A stretch of DNA of 57,474 bases, filler included, from Asterionella formosa (Eukaryota), in the NCBI GenBank assembly GCA_002256025.1. It is 6 parts of 6 records of this genome, joined end to end, with 100 filler letters (N's around TTAATTAATTAA, not from the genome) between each part and the next. Parts side by side here need not be neighbours in the genome. Positions count along the whole stretch, not along the records: positions 1 to 9,516 come from NKIB01010581.1; positions 9,617 to 19,127 come from NKIB01010582.1; 4 more parts are not named here. The stretch is one strand, 5' to 3'. The position numbers and the translations under genes were made by a program. Of this stretch, positions 1 to 10,759 are shown piece after piece. Positions within the stretch are counted from its first letter, which is position 1, and every line of letters begins with the position of its first letter. The notes under the pieces are model-generated. The model was not told where the DNA came from. It searched no databases and saw only the letters and a program-made list of their open reading frames with translations.

Positions 1-1308
1 TTTGCGCAGGTTGAGCGCCGTCCGCTTCGGTCTCCCGGTGTCCTTGTCATTGGGCCTTCCAACTATCCCCTACAACTTACCATCATGCCTGTGGCTGGAT
101 CATTGGCGGGAGGCAACCCCACTGTTATCAAACCAAGTGAATTGTGCCCTGCTACATCCCAGTTGACGGCGGAGCTTGTAGCGCGCTACTTTGATGCTGG
201 CTCCTTGCAAGTGGTCCAGGGTGGGATTGATGAAACGACTGCTCTTTTGGAACAAGAATGGGGCCTTGTGTTCTTTACTGGAAGTGAGCGAGTGGGACGG
301 ATCGTTGCAGCACAGACTGCGAAAACGTTGACTCCGACGGTTTTGGAACTTGGTGGCAAGTCACCGACTTTTGTTGATGAACATGCTCCTTCGTTGCCGG
401 AAGTTGCGAATCGAATTATCTGGTCCAAAACTTTGAATGCCGGACAAACATGTGTGTCTCCCGACTACCTTTTGGTCCACCAACGGCATGCGGAGGCGTT
501 GTGTCAGGAACTTGTGAGAACGTTGGAGAAACAATTTGGTTCCAATCCTCAGAAAGGACCACTTGGAAGGATTGTTCAAGTGGCTCATGCTCAACGTCAT
601 GTCGAAATTTTGAAGGAAGTCGAGGCATGTCCAACCACCAAGATTCTATGTGGAGGATCTGGTAAATGTGATGCATCCTCCAGGTATGTGTGCCCTACCA
701 TTGTATTGAATCCACCCCGGAACTCTAGAATGATGACTGAAGAAATATTCGGTCCCATTTTACCAGTTATAGTGGTCCAGTCAAGACAAGAAGCAATTGA
801 CTTCATCAACGACATGCCTGGCGTTCCATTGGCATTGTACGTGTACACATCCAGGGCTGGTGTGTATCGTCAGATGAAGGACTCGTGTCCATCTGCCAGT
901 GCTGTGCGCAACGATGGAATTGTGCAATTTGCTAATCCCAATCTGCCGGTGGGTGGGTTAGGATCCAGTGGATATGGAAACTATCATGGAGAATTCTCGT
1001 TTAACACATTTACACATGCATTTGGTAGTATGTATCGGCCATGTTTTCCAGGGTCCGACTTTGGTATGGTACGATACCATCCATTTGGTAAAATGAAAGC
1101 CACTATTCTATGTGACTACCTAATGGACCTACCTTCAATCCCTGTACTGCCTTGGAGAAGTGCATTGGCGACAGTGGCTGTGATAATGGCGACCTACTAC
1201 CTACCAACACCAATCCAGCAGCCAATCACTTGGTGGCTCAAAGAGAATGTTGCACATGTGTTGGAACAGGCACTCGTCTGGTTGCGGTCGGCTGATAAAT
1301 ATTCCTAG
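1..1308 (+). CDS. Aldehyde dehydrogenase, class 3 / fatty aldehyde dehydrogenase-like (5'-truncated by window edge)
   Basis: Frame is open from base 1 (…LVIGPSNYP…). Motifs: KPSE, FTGSERVG, LELGGKSP, NAGQTCVSPDY (catalytic Cys), EEIFGP, GGLGSSGYGNYHG. Hydrophobic C-terminal anchor as in ALDH3A2-type enzymes. Confidence 0.95.
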   Translation, partial: FAQVERRPLRSPGVLVIGPSNYPLQLTIMPVAGSLAGGNPTVIKPSELCPATSQLTAELVARYFDAGSLQVVQGGIDETTALLEQEWGLVFFTGSERVGRIVAAQTAKTLTPTVLELGGKSPTFVDEHAPSLPEVANRIIWSKTLNAGQTCVSPDYLLVHQRHAEALCQELVRTLEKQFGSNPQKGPLGRIVQVAHAQRHVEILKEVEACPTTKILCGGSGKCDASSRYVCPTIVLNPPRNSRMMTEEIFGPILPVIVVQSRQEAIDFINDMPGVPLALYVYTSRAGVYRQMKDSCPSASAVRNDGIVQFANPNLPVGGLGSSGYGNYHGEFSFNTFTHAFGSMYRPCFPGSDFGMVRYHPFGKMKATILCDYLMDLPSIPVLPWRSALATVAVIMATYYLPTPIQQPITWWLKENVAHVLEQALVWLRSADKYS

Positions 1309-2477
1309 TTGATATAGGAAAACTATACATTGAGCTTGGGGAGTGCCAAATCCTTGGACTAGCGGCAACCATTGATTTATTCATTCATTTTACTGATATT
1401 GTACAATAGTTCACTTTCGACTATCAAAACATACTGAGTCTATGTGTGTAGGAAATGAGTGTAAAAATTAAATATTTGCTTAACAGCACACCGTACTAAT
1501 CATGTTCATTGCACACTAGGACACCACGGCGAAATTAGGCATGTGGGTGCAAATAATTACCGTAGTTTACAGGCTATCTAGATACCAGTAGTTAGTTAGC
1601 TAGTATTGACATTCACTATTACGATTTGTCTCCCTCCACTGCACCCCACCCCAAAAATGTCGGGTAACATATTTGTTCATTGTCCAGCCATCTCCTTTGG
1701 AATCTAGTTGGACACTAACATAACATAGATAATACAATCGTTAAAAAATAATGATAATAACACTGATATTGACAACGAAAATTGAAGTTACTGATGGCAC
1801 ATTGCTTCATGCAATTTAGATGATGCACAATTCAAAATGACGAAGTTACAAACAGACTTGACACTTTCACAGTTCCCAACACGCTATACTACGGTAATCT
1901 GTAGATCGAATGAAATTTTGTTTGATGCTCTTTTTAAGTAATTTTGATTAATAGTCCATTGACATTATCAACATGACTCTTTGTTGATGATTGCTAATCC
2001 AGTTGGCGACTACAACATGCAACTAGAAATCTGCTGACAACGACTAGAAACTACTGACTATGACCAGAAATTGCTGATTGGTTAATTCTATTCACGAACT
2101 GTGGTCATCAAGCAAGTTGCTGAATTTCATTTACCAGTAGTAGTTATAGGTGAACATGATTTCGATGATCAGAACATGACTTGGATTTAATGAGTGATAA
2201 TTTAACAGTGAAGAAAGTTACTTTAGAGAGTTCGGAATGAAAAACCAGTCTATCTTGTCTGACAGCCATAAGACAGTCCATTGAGAGTGCATTGAAACTG
2301 AAATTGTGCGCATAAAACGTGCGCCAATGGACCTTCCTGACTACCGGTACAGGTATGTACCGGTATCAAATGCTGAACAGCTACCACCAGGGTATCTGGT
2401 ACCTGGTACTATGATAGCATTGAGAAGCGCCTCGTCATTTGTACCAGGTAACAGGGAGTAGTCTACCTGGTACCGTA

Positions 2478-2577
2478 CCAGCAAGTTGCTTGCGATAATT
2501 GTGCTAAAGATGAAGATTTAGCTATCTTTATCCCATATGAAATTGTTTATTCAAGCAGGATGAAGGCAACTTGCTGG
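2478..2577. mobile_element. ~100-bp MITE, copy 1 (TIR CCAGCAAGTTGC, TA flanks)
   Basis: Perfect 12-bp terminal inverted repeat ccagcaagttgc…gcaacttgctgg with TA on both sides. Internal core tttagctatctttatccc is shared with copies at 56796, 57176 and ~50661. Confidence 0.8.
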
Positions 2578-2718
2578 TACAAGGTACCAAGTTCTGCTAT
2601 CGTACTACCGGGCACTGGTTCATATGTATATCTTACAAAACAAGTGCACACACCCCCAAGGGCAACAATGTTAGTCTATGGTAGATTGGGTACCTGGTAC
2701 CTGGTACCAGATACCAGG

Positions 2719-3929
2719 TGAGGGATCTCGCTCAACTACAGACATACCTATAGGGTTAGGTTTACATAGATATATCAGAACTCTATCAGGAGAGAACTCG
2801 ACTAACACCTACTTGAATACTTTAGTGTCAACCTAGGAGATCGAGTTGCACACAAGCATTAACTAATAAGCTCATATGTTCAACAAATACTACTACTTCT
2901 AGTTAGACACTCCACTTTGAATTCAAAAAGATTAAAATTAGAATTTTACAATGTTGATGTATTCTCAAGTCCCAGTGGTCCCATTGATCTAGGATTTCAA
3001 CCAACTAAACATCAAGAATAGCACCTTTCATTCATTCATACCAGTTCGACATCTTGAGTCTTTCAAGCAAGCAAGATGAGATTCATGGAACTCCGTGGAA
3101 GCTTTGTTGATTGTTGTGAGTTAATTCCACGACATGGTTTGTCTAACCTCCAGCAAGAAATGCCTTCTTTCTATTCCAAAGGTGCCTTACAGAAATCGCC
3201 TTGTCTGAATGGATGAACGTTGAAGTACTCCCAGATGATCAGCCCGATAACAGTTTTGATGATGCCATGGTGATATGGTTGGATGTGCAACTTTTTCTTC
3301 TTCGTCAGGATAGCTTTTCAGTGTCAGCATCAGTGGATGCTCTGATATTTGACAAAGCCATTCAGCATTTTCTAACGGACTTTCGGATACTGTCTCAAAA
3401 CCAGAAATAGACTCCTCAAGCTTGTGTATCATCCAGGAAATTTAGTGGTCATGAACCCTCCTGTTGGTCAGCTAGTGGCCTATGTGCCTAACAAAAACCA
3501 GCCGAATGCTGAACAGATTGCACATGTGTAACAATAGCAATGCTATTATTATGTATTCATGACGAAACATTGAATATGTCTCATGTCAGTCATCACCTGG
3601 ATATCATTTTGTATTTACAGGATAATTACGGTCTGAATACCGCCCTTTTATGTAAATGCGGGATATTCCAATAGCATAGCAGCCAGGATTCAATGTATCC
3701 CATGCATGATCTCACTGAATTATCATGCCTACTTCTGAACGAATAAATATTTGTCATATCAAACCTTTTCATAGGTGAAAGGTTTTCCCTTGGTGTGGGA
3801 GAGTGAGCGATCTCACTCAACTAGTAGTACAGACATACCTATAGGGTTAGGTTTACATAGATATATCAGAACTCAATCAGGAGAGAACTCGACTAACACC
3901 TATTTGAATACTTTAGTGTCGACCTAGGT
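2719..3929 (+). mobile_element. Short non-autonomous LTR retroelement (TRIM-like); 3' LTR runs into an assembly gap
   Basis: Direct repeat 2719-~2837 vs 3804-3929 (tgag.gatctc.ctcaacta…gacatacctatagggttagg…cctagg). Both copies start TG. The second is preceded by a purine-rich tract ggtgtgggagag (PPT-like). The first can end in CA at 2874 or 2885. The ~920-bp interior has no intact ORF. Confidence 0.7.
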
Positions 3930-4354
3930 NNNNNNNNNNNNNNNNNNNNNNNNNNNNNNNNNNNNNNNNNNNNNNNNNNNNNNNNNNNNNNNNNNNNNNN
4001 NNNNNNNNNNNNNNNNNNNNNNNNNNNNNNNNNNNNNNNNNNNNNNNNNNNNNNNNNNNNNNNNNNNNNNNNNNNNNNNNNNNNNNNNNNNNNNNNNNNN
4101 NNNNNNNNNNNNNNNNNNNNNNNNNNNNNNNNNNNNNNNNNNNNNNNNNNNNNNNNNNNNNNNNNNNNNNNNNNNNNNNNNNNNNNNNNNNNNNNNNNNN
4201 NNNNNNNNNNNNNNNNNNNNNNNNNNNNNNNNNNNNNNNNNNNNNNNNNNNNNNNNNNNNNNNNNNNNNNNNNNNNNNNNNNNNNNNNNNNNNNNNNNNN
4301 NNNNNNNNNNNNNNNNNNNNNNNNNNNNNNNNNNNNNNNNNNNNNNNNNNNNNN
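3930..4354. other. Assembly gap (N run) within scaffold 1
   Basis: Run of N without the TTAATTAATTAA linker. Confidence 0.99.
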
Positions 4355-4477
4355 CGGTACCTGGTACCACGCTATCTGGTACCAGGTAACCGGTTCCAGG
4401 AAACCGGTTCCAGTGTACCAGTACCAGGTACCAGGTACGAGGGGTACTTCTGGTACCTGGTACCAGGTACCTGGTAC
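4355..4477. repeat. GGTACC(A/T) motif cluster
   Basis: Multiple tacctggta / taccaggta / taccagta units in mixed orientation. Confidence 0.85.
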
Positions 4478-4656
4478 TTTGTGCTGGCAGAACGATGTGT
4501 GCAAGAACAAGCAACAAGGCATCATCATTCAGCCTTGGTCGTGCATGTTGGAGTAGTACCGATGGTGTTTTAGAATTGTTACTTGACCAATCGGGTTAGA
4601 ATTTCCTAACCGTATCACCAGCACACCTCTTGCCTTTCCAACAATATCAAACAAAC

Positions 4657-5004
4657 ATGGCTGAAATGCGTAAGCTCACGTCCTACTTCGGACAATTCGA
4701 CGGAACTGGCAAGCCTTGGGAGGAAGTTGAGCCGTTTTTTGGTTCTCTCTTCGCAAAGGATTGTGAGATCGTTACTGTCACTAAAGATGGTGAGGGGGTC
4801 ACCGGCTACGACGATTGGGCTGAATTCTTGAAGATTTCTCTTGAGCGCAAGGCTGATATCGAAATGACCCGAATCGAAAAGGTTTCTGGAGGTATTGAGT
4901 ACGAGGCTTCTCTGTGCTACCCTGGGAGAGACCCAATCTTCTTTGCATCGTTCGGCGCTTTCAAGGATGGTATGCTTTCCAAAGTGACACCACTCAAGAA
5001 ATAG
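4657..5004 (+). CDS. Small hypothetical protein, possibly NTF2/SnoaL-like fold
   Basis: 115-aa ORF from an ATG in aaacATGG context with expressed-gene-like codon use. Pattern 'SLFAKDC…GYDDW…FKDG.L..V' resembles SnoaL-like domains (inference). Confidence 0.7.
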   Translation: MAEMRKLTSYFGQFDGTGKPWEEVEPFFGSLFAKDCEIVTVTKDGEGVTGYDDWAEFLKISLERKADIEMTRIEKVSGGIEYEASLCYPGRDPIFFASFGAFKDGMLSKVTPLKK

Positions 5005-6264
5005 TCGAAATCCATCGCAATCATTCTTTTCCCGCAAGAGGCAATCGTACTTTCATTTCTGCACCAACTCTAACTTTCTCTGATCCAGGTGTTCTGGCAA
5101 TATCTGAAACCTTTTTGCTTGAAAATAAACACATTATTTAGCTCTCCAAAAGAATTCATGAACTAACATTACTACCAATCCAAGTATGCTAACAGAATGC
5201 TGGCTTTTTTGTCTGCATAGGTAGACATTCATCAATGACAGGGCTGTGCAGACTTGATGTCAATGTGTGTAGACATGCTTGTAAAATAACACTATCTTAG
5301 GTTTTTAAATCACAAATTTTGTTTGATGCCTGAATGATATTTGCCATGGCTTAAGTGCCGAGCAGCTTATTTTTAGGATGCATTACATAGAAAATATACC
5401 TTTTTTCAATGTGAAGGTTGGGTTACTTGATAAATGCATTTATGAGTTACTTACGTACCAGCTGTGAACATATATACCTACTCTGTTCCTATAATTTTAT
5501 TATTAGCATCTAAATAAAATGATGGAAACTAGTTTATATAAATATACGATAGTATATGAGTATAAATACATATACTGGTACATATACCTAGACATATAGT
5601 TGACTGACTCCTGGGATCCATATGAAAATGATGATGACTCAAAGCAACAATCCACCAGAAATCATGGAAGTTGTTGATGACGTGAAAAACAAATTGACTG
5701 TCTATTTCTATTTCATCACATCCTCTTTTGAGGTTCCAGAAACCATAATTGAGAACCATCTGATGCTCTTCTACTGACAAATCCCTCCTTCTAGAATGCT
5801 TTGTTAAGAGTGAGTGGTGGCTACTAACAGGGGGTCATGCATCTTCATTTTGGATGAGATGGGCAAAAGTGAAAATCCACTCCCCCCCCCCCATCACCAT
5901 CACAGCAAGGTTTGGGAAAATTGTTTCTTCAGAAAATCATTCTTTAAAATTCGATTTTGATTAAAATGAAATTAATGAGCAAGTGCAAAACCATTAGAAA
6001 TTTCTACAAGTCGAATTATATTGCCAGCAGAGGAGTCGAATTTGGGTGCCTGCCTGCGCTGTGTTTCATTGTTGGCAAAATGACTGCCTGCCTGTTCCAG
6101 CATTGTATGAAAGAGTCGAGCGAGTCGAGTCACCAATCTTGCTACCGTACTGGTGGTACCTGGTACCTCGGGTACATCTAGCAAAATGGTCCAGCATCGT
6201 CTAGAAGGTTCTACCAGATATGCCAGGCGATCCTACAAAGTGTAGGAAGGAACTCTGACTGACC

Positions 6265-8073
6265 ATGAAGGAAGCCAAAGTCTTTGACGGCACGAACTGG
6301 ATTGCGGTCCAAGATGTGCCAGTCACATCTTCCCATTTTCCCGTAGTCCCAGTTCCGGATGGAGATGGGACTGTCTTTGTTTCTCTTCCGTCGTTTCGAG
6401 GTACATAATGACAATGCCATCGTCGATCAACATGGACGTTGCCTCCTTCTGCCAACCATTGCTCACCCATCTCCTTCTTTCCTTCCATACCAGACGGAAA
6501 GAGGTGTGGCGAAACAATCAGAAGTATCTTCGATACTGCTGCCAATCCAGACAAGATTGTTGTTGGTGTCATTGAGCAAAATGATCCCGAAGATGACTTC
6601 TGCCTCTCTGTGTACTGCGGCTTCTACGGTAGGTCGACCGAACGAAATGATGAATGGACCTTGATTGCGTTTCGCACATGTATTCACACTTTGATATAAT
6701 TACAGGTGTCAAAACGATTCGTAAGCAGAAAATCCGCACTGACATGACCAAAATCATCGTCGAGGAGGGGAGAACGAAGTGTCCTCGCTTTGATCAGATC
6801 CGCCTTTTGGCGGTCTTTAATGTGGCTGCGAAAGGCCCCGCTGATGCTCGTGCTTTAACCAGAAAAATTGTTGGGAATGAAGAGTTCTGTTTGCAAGTTG
6901 ATGCACATACCACTTTTCGACAAGATTGGGAAAAGGAAGCTATTGAGGAATGGAAAAAGGTTGGTAATGAGTTTGCCATTCTCAGTACTGTTCCTGCCGA
7001 TATTGCTGAAAAAAGTGATTACGAAGGATGGACAGCAACCAAGAGCGGTGAAGTTCCCAGACAGTGCCTAGTTACGGTCGCTGAAAATGACACTCCGGTA
7101 AGTTCCTTTCAACCAAATGGAACCCAACCCTTTGATGAAAATACTCTTCATTGTTTGTGAATGCTCTCACCTTTATTTCGCAGGAGTATTCTTCGCCCGC
7201 CGATGGCAAAGTCGTGAACTTGGAAAAGCCCCTGCTCTCTCACGCGTGGTCAGCCGCGTTTTCATTTGCCAAGTGCCATATTGAAGAGACTGCTCCTTAT
7301 GATCCCTTCATTCCTTATGTCTTTGGTGTAGAACAGTTTTCTCGTTTTGCTCGATTCTGGACTCGTGGTTATGACGTCTACACGCCTACCAAGAATTTTA
7401 TATACCATGACTACTCTTCAAACGGTCATGATATTAAAGAGTGGTTCAGGCAGCGAAGGGAACGACTCCGTAATGAATCCTTGCATAGAGTACACACAAT
7501 GCTGCAGATCCCTGGGGGTGACTCTTCCGAGACTGCTCAAGCTAACCTCGGTGTTTATGGCCTTGGAAGGAGGCGGACTATACAACAGTTGATGGATTTT
7601 GTCGGCATTGACCTTGTGAAGAAGACTGGTAACCGAGGGGTAAGTGATTCATTTTATTTATGGCGACTTAACCTTACCTTTATTAACTGTCGTTTCGCAA
7701 TTTACAGCATATCAATTGCGCGAACAAGGCATGGGTCCCTTACGATGCTTCGACCTCTCCCATGGCCAATATGTTTGAGAGGGCGACGGACTTGGATCCC
7801 CAGCCGGAGTTCCCTCTCCGCGATCAACTGGTGTTTTACCAGCAAGTGGACCAACAAGGGGAAGTGCACGAAGAGCTCGTCATTGCAGAACAAAAGGAGG
7901 CCATGACTCCCCTCGTCCATACTACTGTGTCTAGTGACCCTCCGGCTTCCACTCTTTTCATTTTGTGGATCTTTGGATTGATTGTTTGGTGCGCTTATTT
8001 TATCAACATCAGAGGAAATGGTGTCACCCACTCGCAGGCAAGAAAGAAGAAAGGTGGGACTAAAGATGTCTAG
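6265..8073 (+). CDS. Glycosyltransferase family 60 (GlcNAc transferase, Skp1-hydroxyproline/Gnt1-like), 5 exons
   Basis: Exons 6265-6400, 6494-6628, 6706-7097, 7184-7639, 7708-8073 with GT-AG introns that keep frame. Motifs: VFVSLPSFRD, GVIEQN, AKGPADAR, EEFCLQVDAH, WSAAFSF, PYDP, FWTRGYDVYTP, YGLGRRRT. C-terminal TM helix. The start codon is uncertain. Confidence 0.9.
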
Positions 8074-8337
8074 CTACAGATGCTGCAAGTCGAGAAATGT
8101 TTTCGTGACAGAATGCAATCTCTGATCGTGAGATAAGGCCAAAGACTGTAACTGTAACAGAGTTTCGGATTAGTTTTGGATTACAATTGATACTAAATTA
8201 TAATAAATGGTCAAAGTGTGTGGGCTTTTCGTATGTACGGTAGTGACTGCTTCTGTTGCATGTGTGCCAAATTTGAGGTTGTTGTATACTAGTTCTGGTC
8301 AAAAAACCAAATTATTGTGTCGACGTCAGGATTGTAC

Positions 8338-9333
8338 TCAACGGCCCTTAATTTCGACAGAATCCTTGTCCACAGACCAACTTGCCATCGAGAGGGCAAG
8401 AGAATTGACCCACTTCTCAACAGCCTCAAGTCGAGCCTTGTAAGGTTCGAGACGCTTGTTGGCATCATCCAGCTGGGAACGCAATGTCTCCTCTAACTCC
8501 TTGCATTCCAATATCTCCTTCTGGCGTCGTTGTTCCAAGTTCTGGATATGGCTTGAATGGGCCTCAGTAATTCCTTTCAAACGGTTGTCAGTCATTTCAG
8601 TTGCTCTTCGCTGAGCTGCCTTTGAAACCGAGCACAAAATAGGGGCCAGCTCCAGGGTCTTTATCACCTGCTGCTTCACGGCAACAGTTGGAATATTTTG
8701 TGCATAGTCCATCGGCGTCTTTCCAGAGCTAGCTCGAAAAATGTATCCTTCAGGGTGAGTACTCATAATGGCCAATAAAACAGCTTCCGAAGCGCCCCAT
8801 TTAGCAGCCAGGTGCAAGGGAAGCATTTCTTCGTGGTCGTCCCGAGTGCGTGTCCCAGCAGGATAAGCATCAATCAGCATCTCGACAACCAGGTGGCTTG
8901 CACCAGATGCACAGCTGTTGTGAACAAATGTGTAAGTGAGCGGCCAATTAGAAAAGTCTATTCACTCTCTAATGACTTACGCATAATGAAGGGGAAGGTA
9001 TCCCCATTGGCCTCTTGTTCGGACAGCGTCCGGGTTGGCATGAAGCAAAGCTTCAATAACAGGGAGTGGTGTTTGATACTTGCAAACTTCATGTAAGGCC
9101 AGGTTGCCTTGGGAGCTACTTGACGAAAGGGACGCTCCTGTCAGGGAAGAAAATGCCAATGAAGGAACTTCCTTGATTTTCTCAATCATTTCCTCCCACG
9201 ACTTCTTCTCGATGAGGCGCAGGACAGCTTGCAACGCTTCCATGCTGGCCCCCGAGGGATTGCTGGACTCCTGCGGGGAACTGGAACACATGTCTGAAGC
9301 AATATCGGGCTTGGCTTCTTGTGAGTTCTTCAT
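8338..9333 (-). CDS. Ankyrin-like repeat protein with C-terminal coiled coil, 2 exons
   Basis: Exon 1 9333-8981, intron 8980-8915 (gtaagt…caacag), exon 2 8914-8338. Repeats GNLALHEVC, GYLPLHYAC, MLPLHLAA, GKTPMDYA. Confidence 0.85.
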
Positions 9334-9516
9334 TAGAATTACAATTATTCATCAACACTTTTCCTGTGTACGGTAGTTCGATAGAAGTGCACAAGTACAG
9401 GTAGATCTCGGAATTGAGCGATACGGACCACATCGTAATGGCACACAGCAATGGCTTGGCGATCCAAGGAAAATGGAACGCTTGACAGTGCGCACCTACC
9501 AGTATAGGAATGATTT

Positions 9517-9616
9517 NNNNNNNNNNNNNNNNNNNNNNNNNNNNNNNNNNNNNNNNNNNNTTAATTAATTAANNNNNNNNNNNNNNNNNNNNNNNNNNNN
9601 NNNNNNNNNNNNNNNN
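9517..9616. other. Artificial scaffold spacer (N44-TTAATTAATTAA-N44)
   Basis: 100-bp spacer with a six-frame-stop linker. The same structure occurs at 19128, 28736, 38323 and 47905. Confidence 0.97.
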
Positions 9617-10319
9617 TGGTGATTTGTATTTGGCTCCTGCATGATTGCAAAATTATTCTGTCCAACAATTTTTGTATACTGCGGCAATATAACAACTGGG
9701 TGGCCCACATTTCCTTGTGTCACCAAGATGACATCATTTTAGACGCGAATTTCAAGTGCTAAATATCAATGAGTATTAAAGTGTTGCAACTTTTTTGGAC
9801 CAGAGAAGGAGAAGTAATACTGATAAAACCATACAGCATGCTTGATGCACTTCATATCCTGGTGAGGTAATTGCCATACAAACTGAAGTTTAGCTGTATG
9901 ATTGGCAAACCTGAAGAATGCTATGTTTTTTGAATTTTCCTCATCTCTGACACCAATAAATGGATTCAGGGCAACAAAGAAATTAACAATTAATATCAAA
10001 GGAATTGCAAGCACTGTGGCATATAGTGGTACATAGAACCTTGTACTATTGCATCAATGGTTACTAACGTGCAAATATTGGGATAAGAATTAGCAAAGAA
10101 CTCTGTTATCATAAACGGTAAGAGATATTGGAGTAAAACTGTGGTACAATTGATGAAAGCAGAGTATTGTCTGGAGGATATTTCCAATGTTCATATGAGC
10201 AATCATCACACTTTGTCCTTTGGGGAGAATCATTTGGGTCGCGTAAATACCAGTATGCAGTGGACCTGTGTTACATCATTGGAGGACAAAACCAGTTGAA
10301 AACATACCAAAATTGCCAA

Positions 10320-10421
10320 TACAAAGTATTTCCATTTCCTGTGCATCTAAACATGATTTCATATATATATTACAAAGTATTTCCATTTCCTGTGCATCTA
10401 AACATGATTTCATATATATAT
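10320..10421. repeat. 51-bp perfect tandem duplication at the 3' end of the LINE
   Basis: tacaaagtatttccatttcctgtgcatctaaacatgatttcatatatatat x2. Confidence 0.9.
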
Positions 10422-10759
10422 TAATCATTTTTATAGCGCATTTTTACTAGTCTATTTCTAGGTTTGTCTTCGTTGCGCTCCATGGCCCTATTACTGTGCT
10501 GGGGCAGTGGAATTTTTGGTGGGTACCAGTAGTCATTTCCTCTTGAAGAAGTAGGGGTAAAAAATATTGTGGTAGCTTTTATCTGGAATCGGTTCCCTTT
10601 GACTGCACTGTTCATGTCAGCCTGAGAATTGGATGGTGAGTGTTGATTGGGTGAGTGATTTTCTGTATTTCCCCACTTCTTGTTGCTGTTTCTTGGTGTG
10701 TGTGTCGTTACTGGGGTTGTTGATTGATAGTAGGAGCTTATTGATTTTTGACCTTTCTC

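Noticed and set aside
9561..9572. TTAATTAATTAA recurring every ~9.6 kb as a biological motif
   Set aside because: It is embedded in N spacers and is a six-frame-stop assembly linker.
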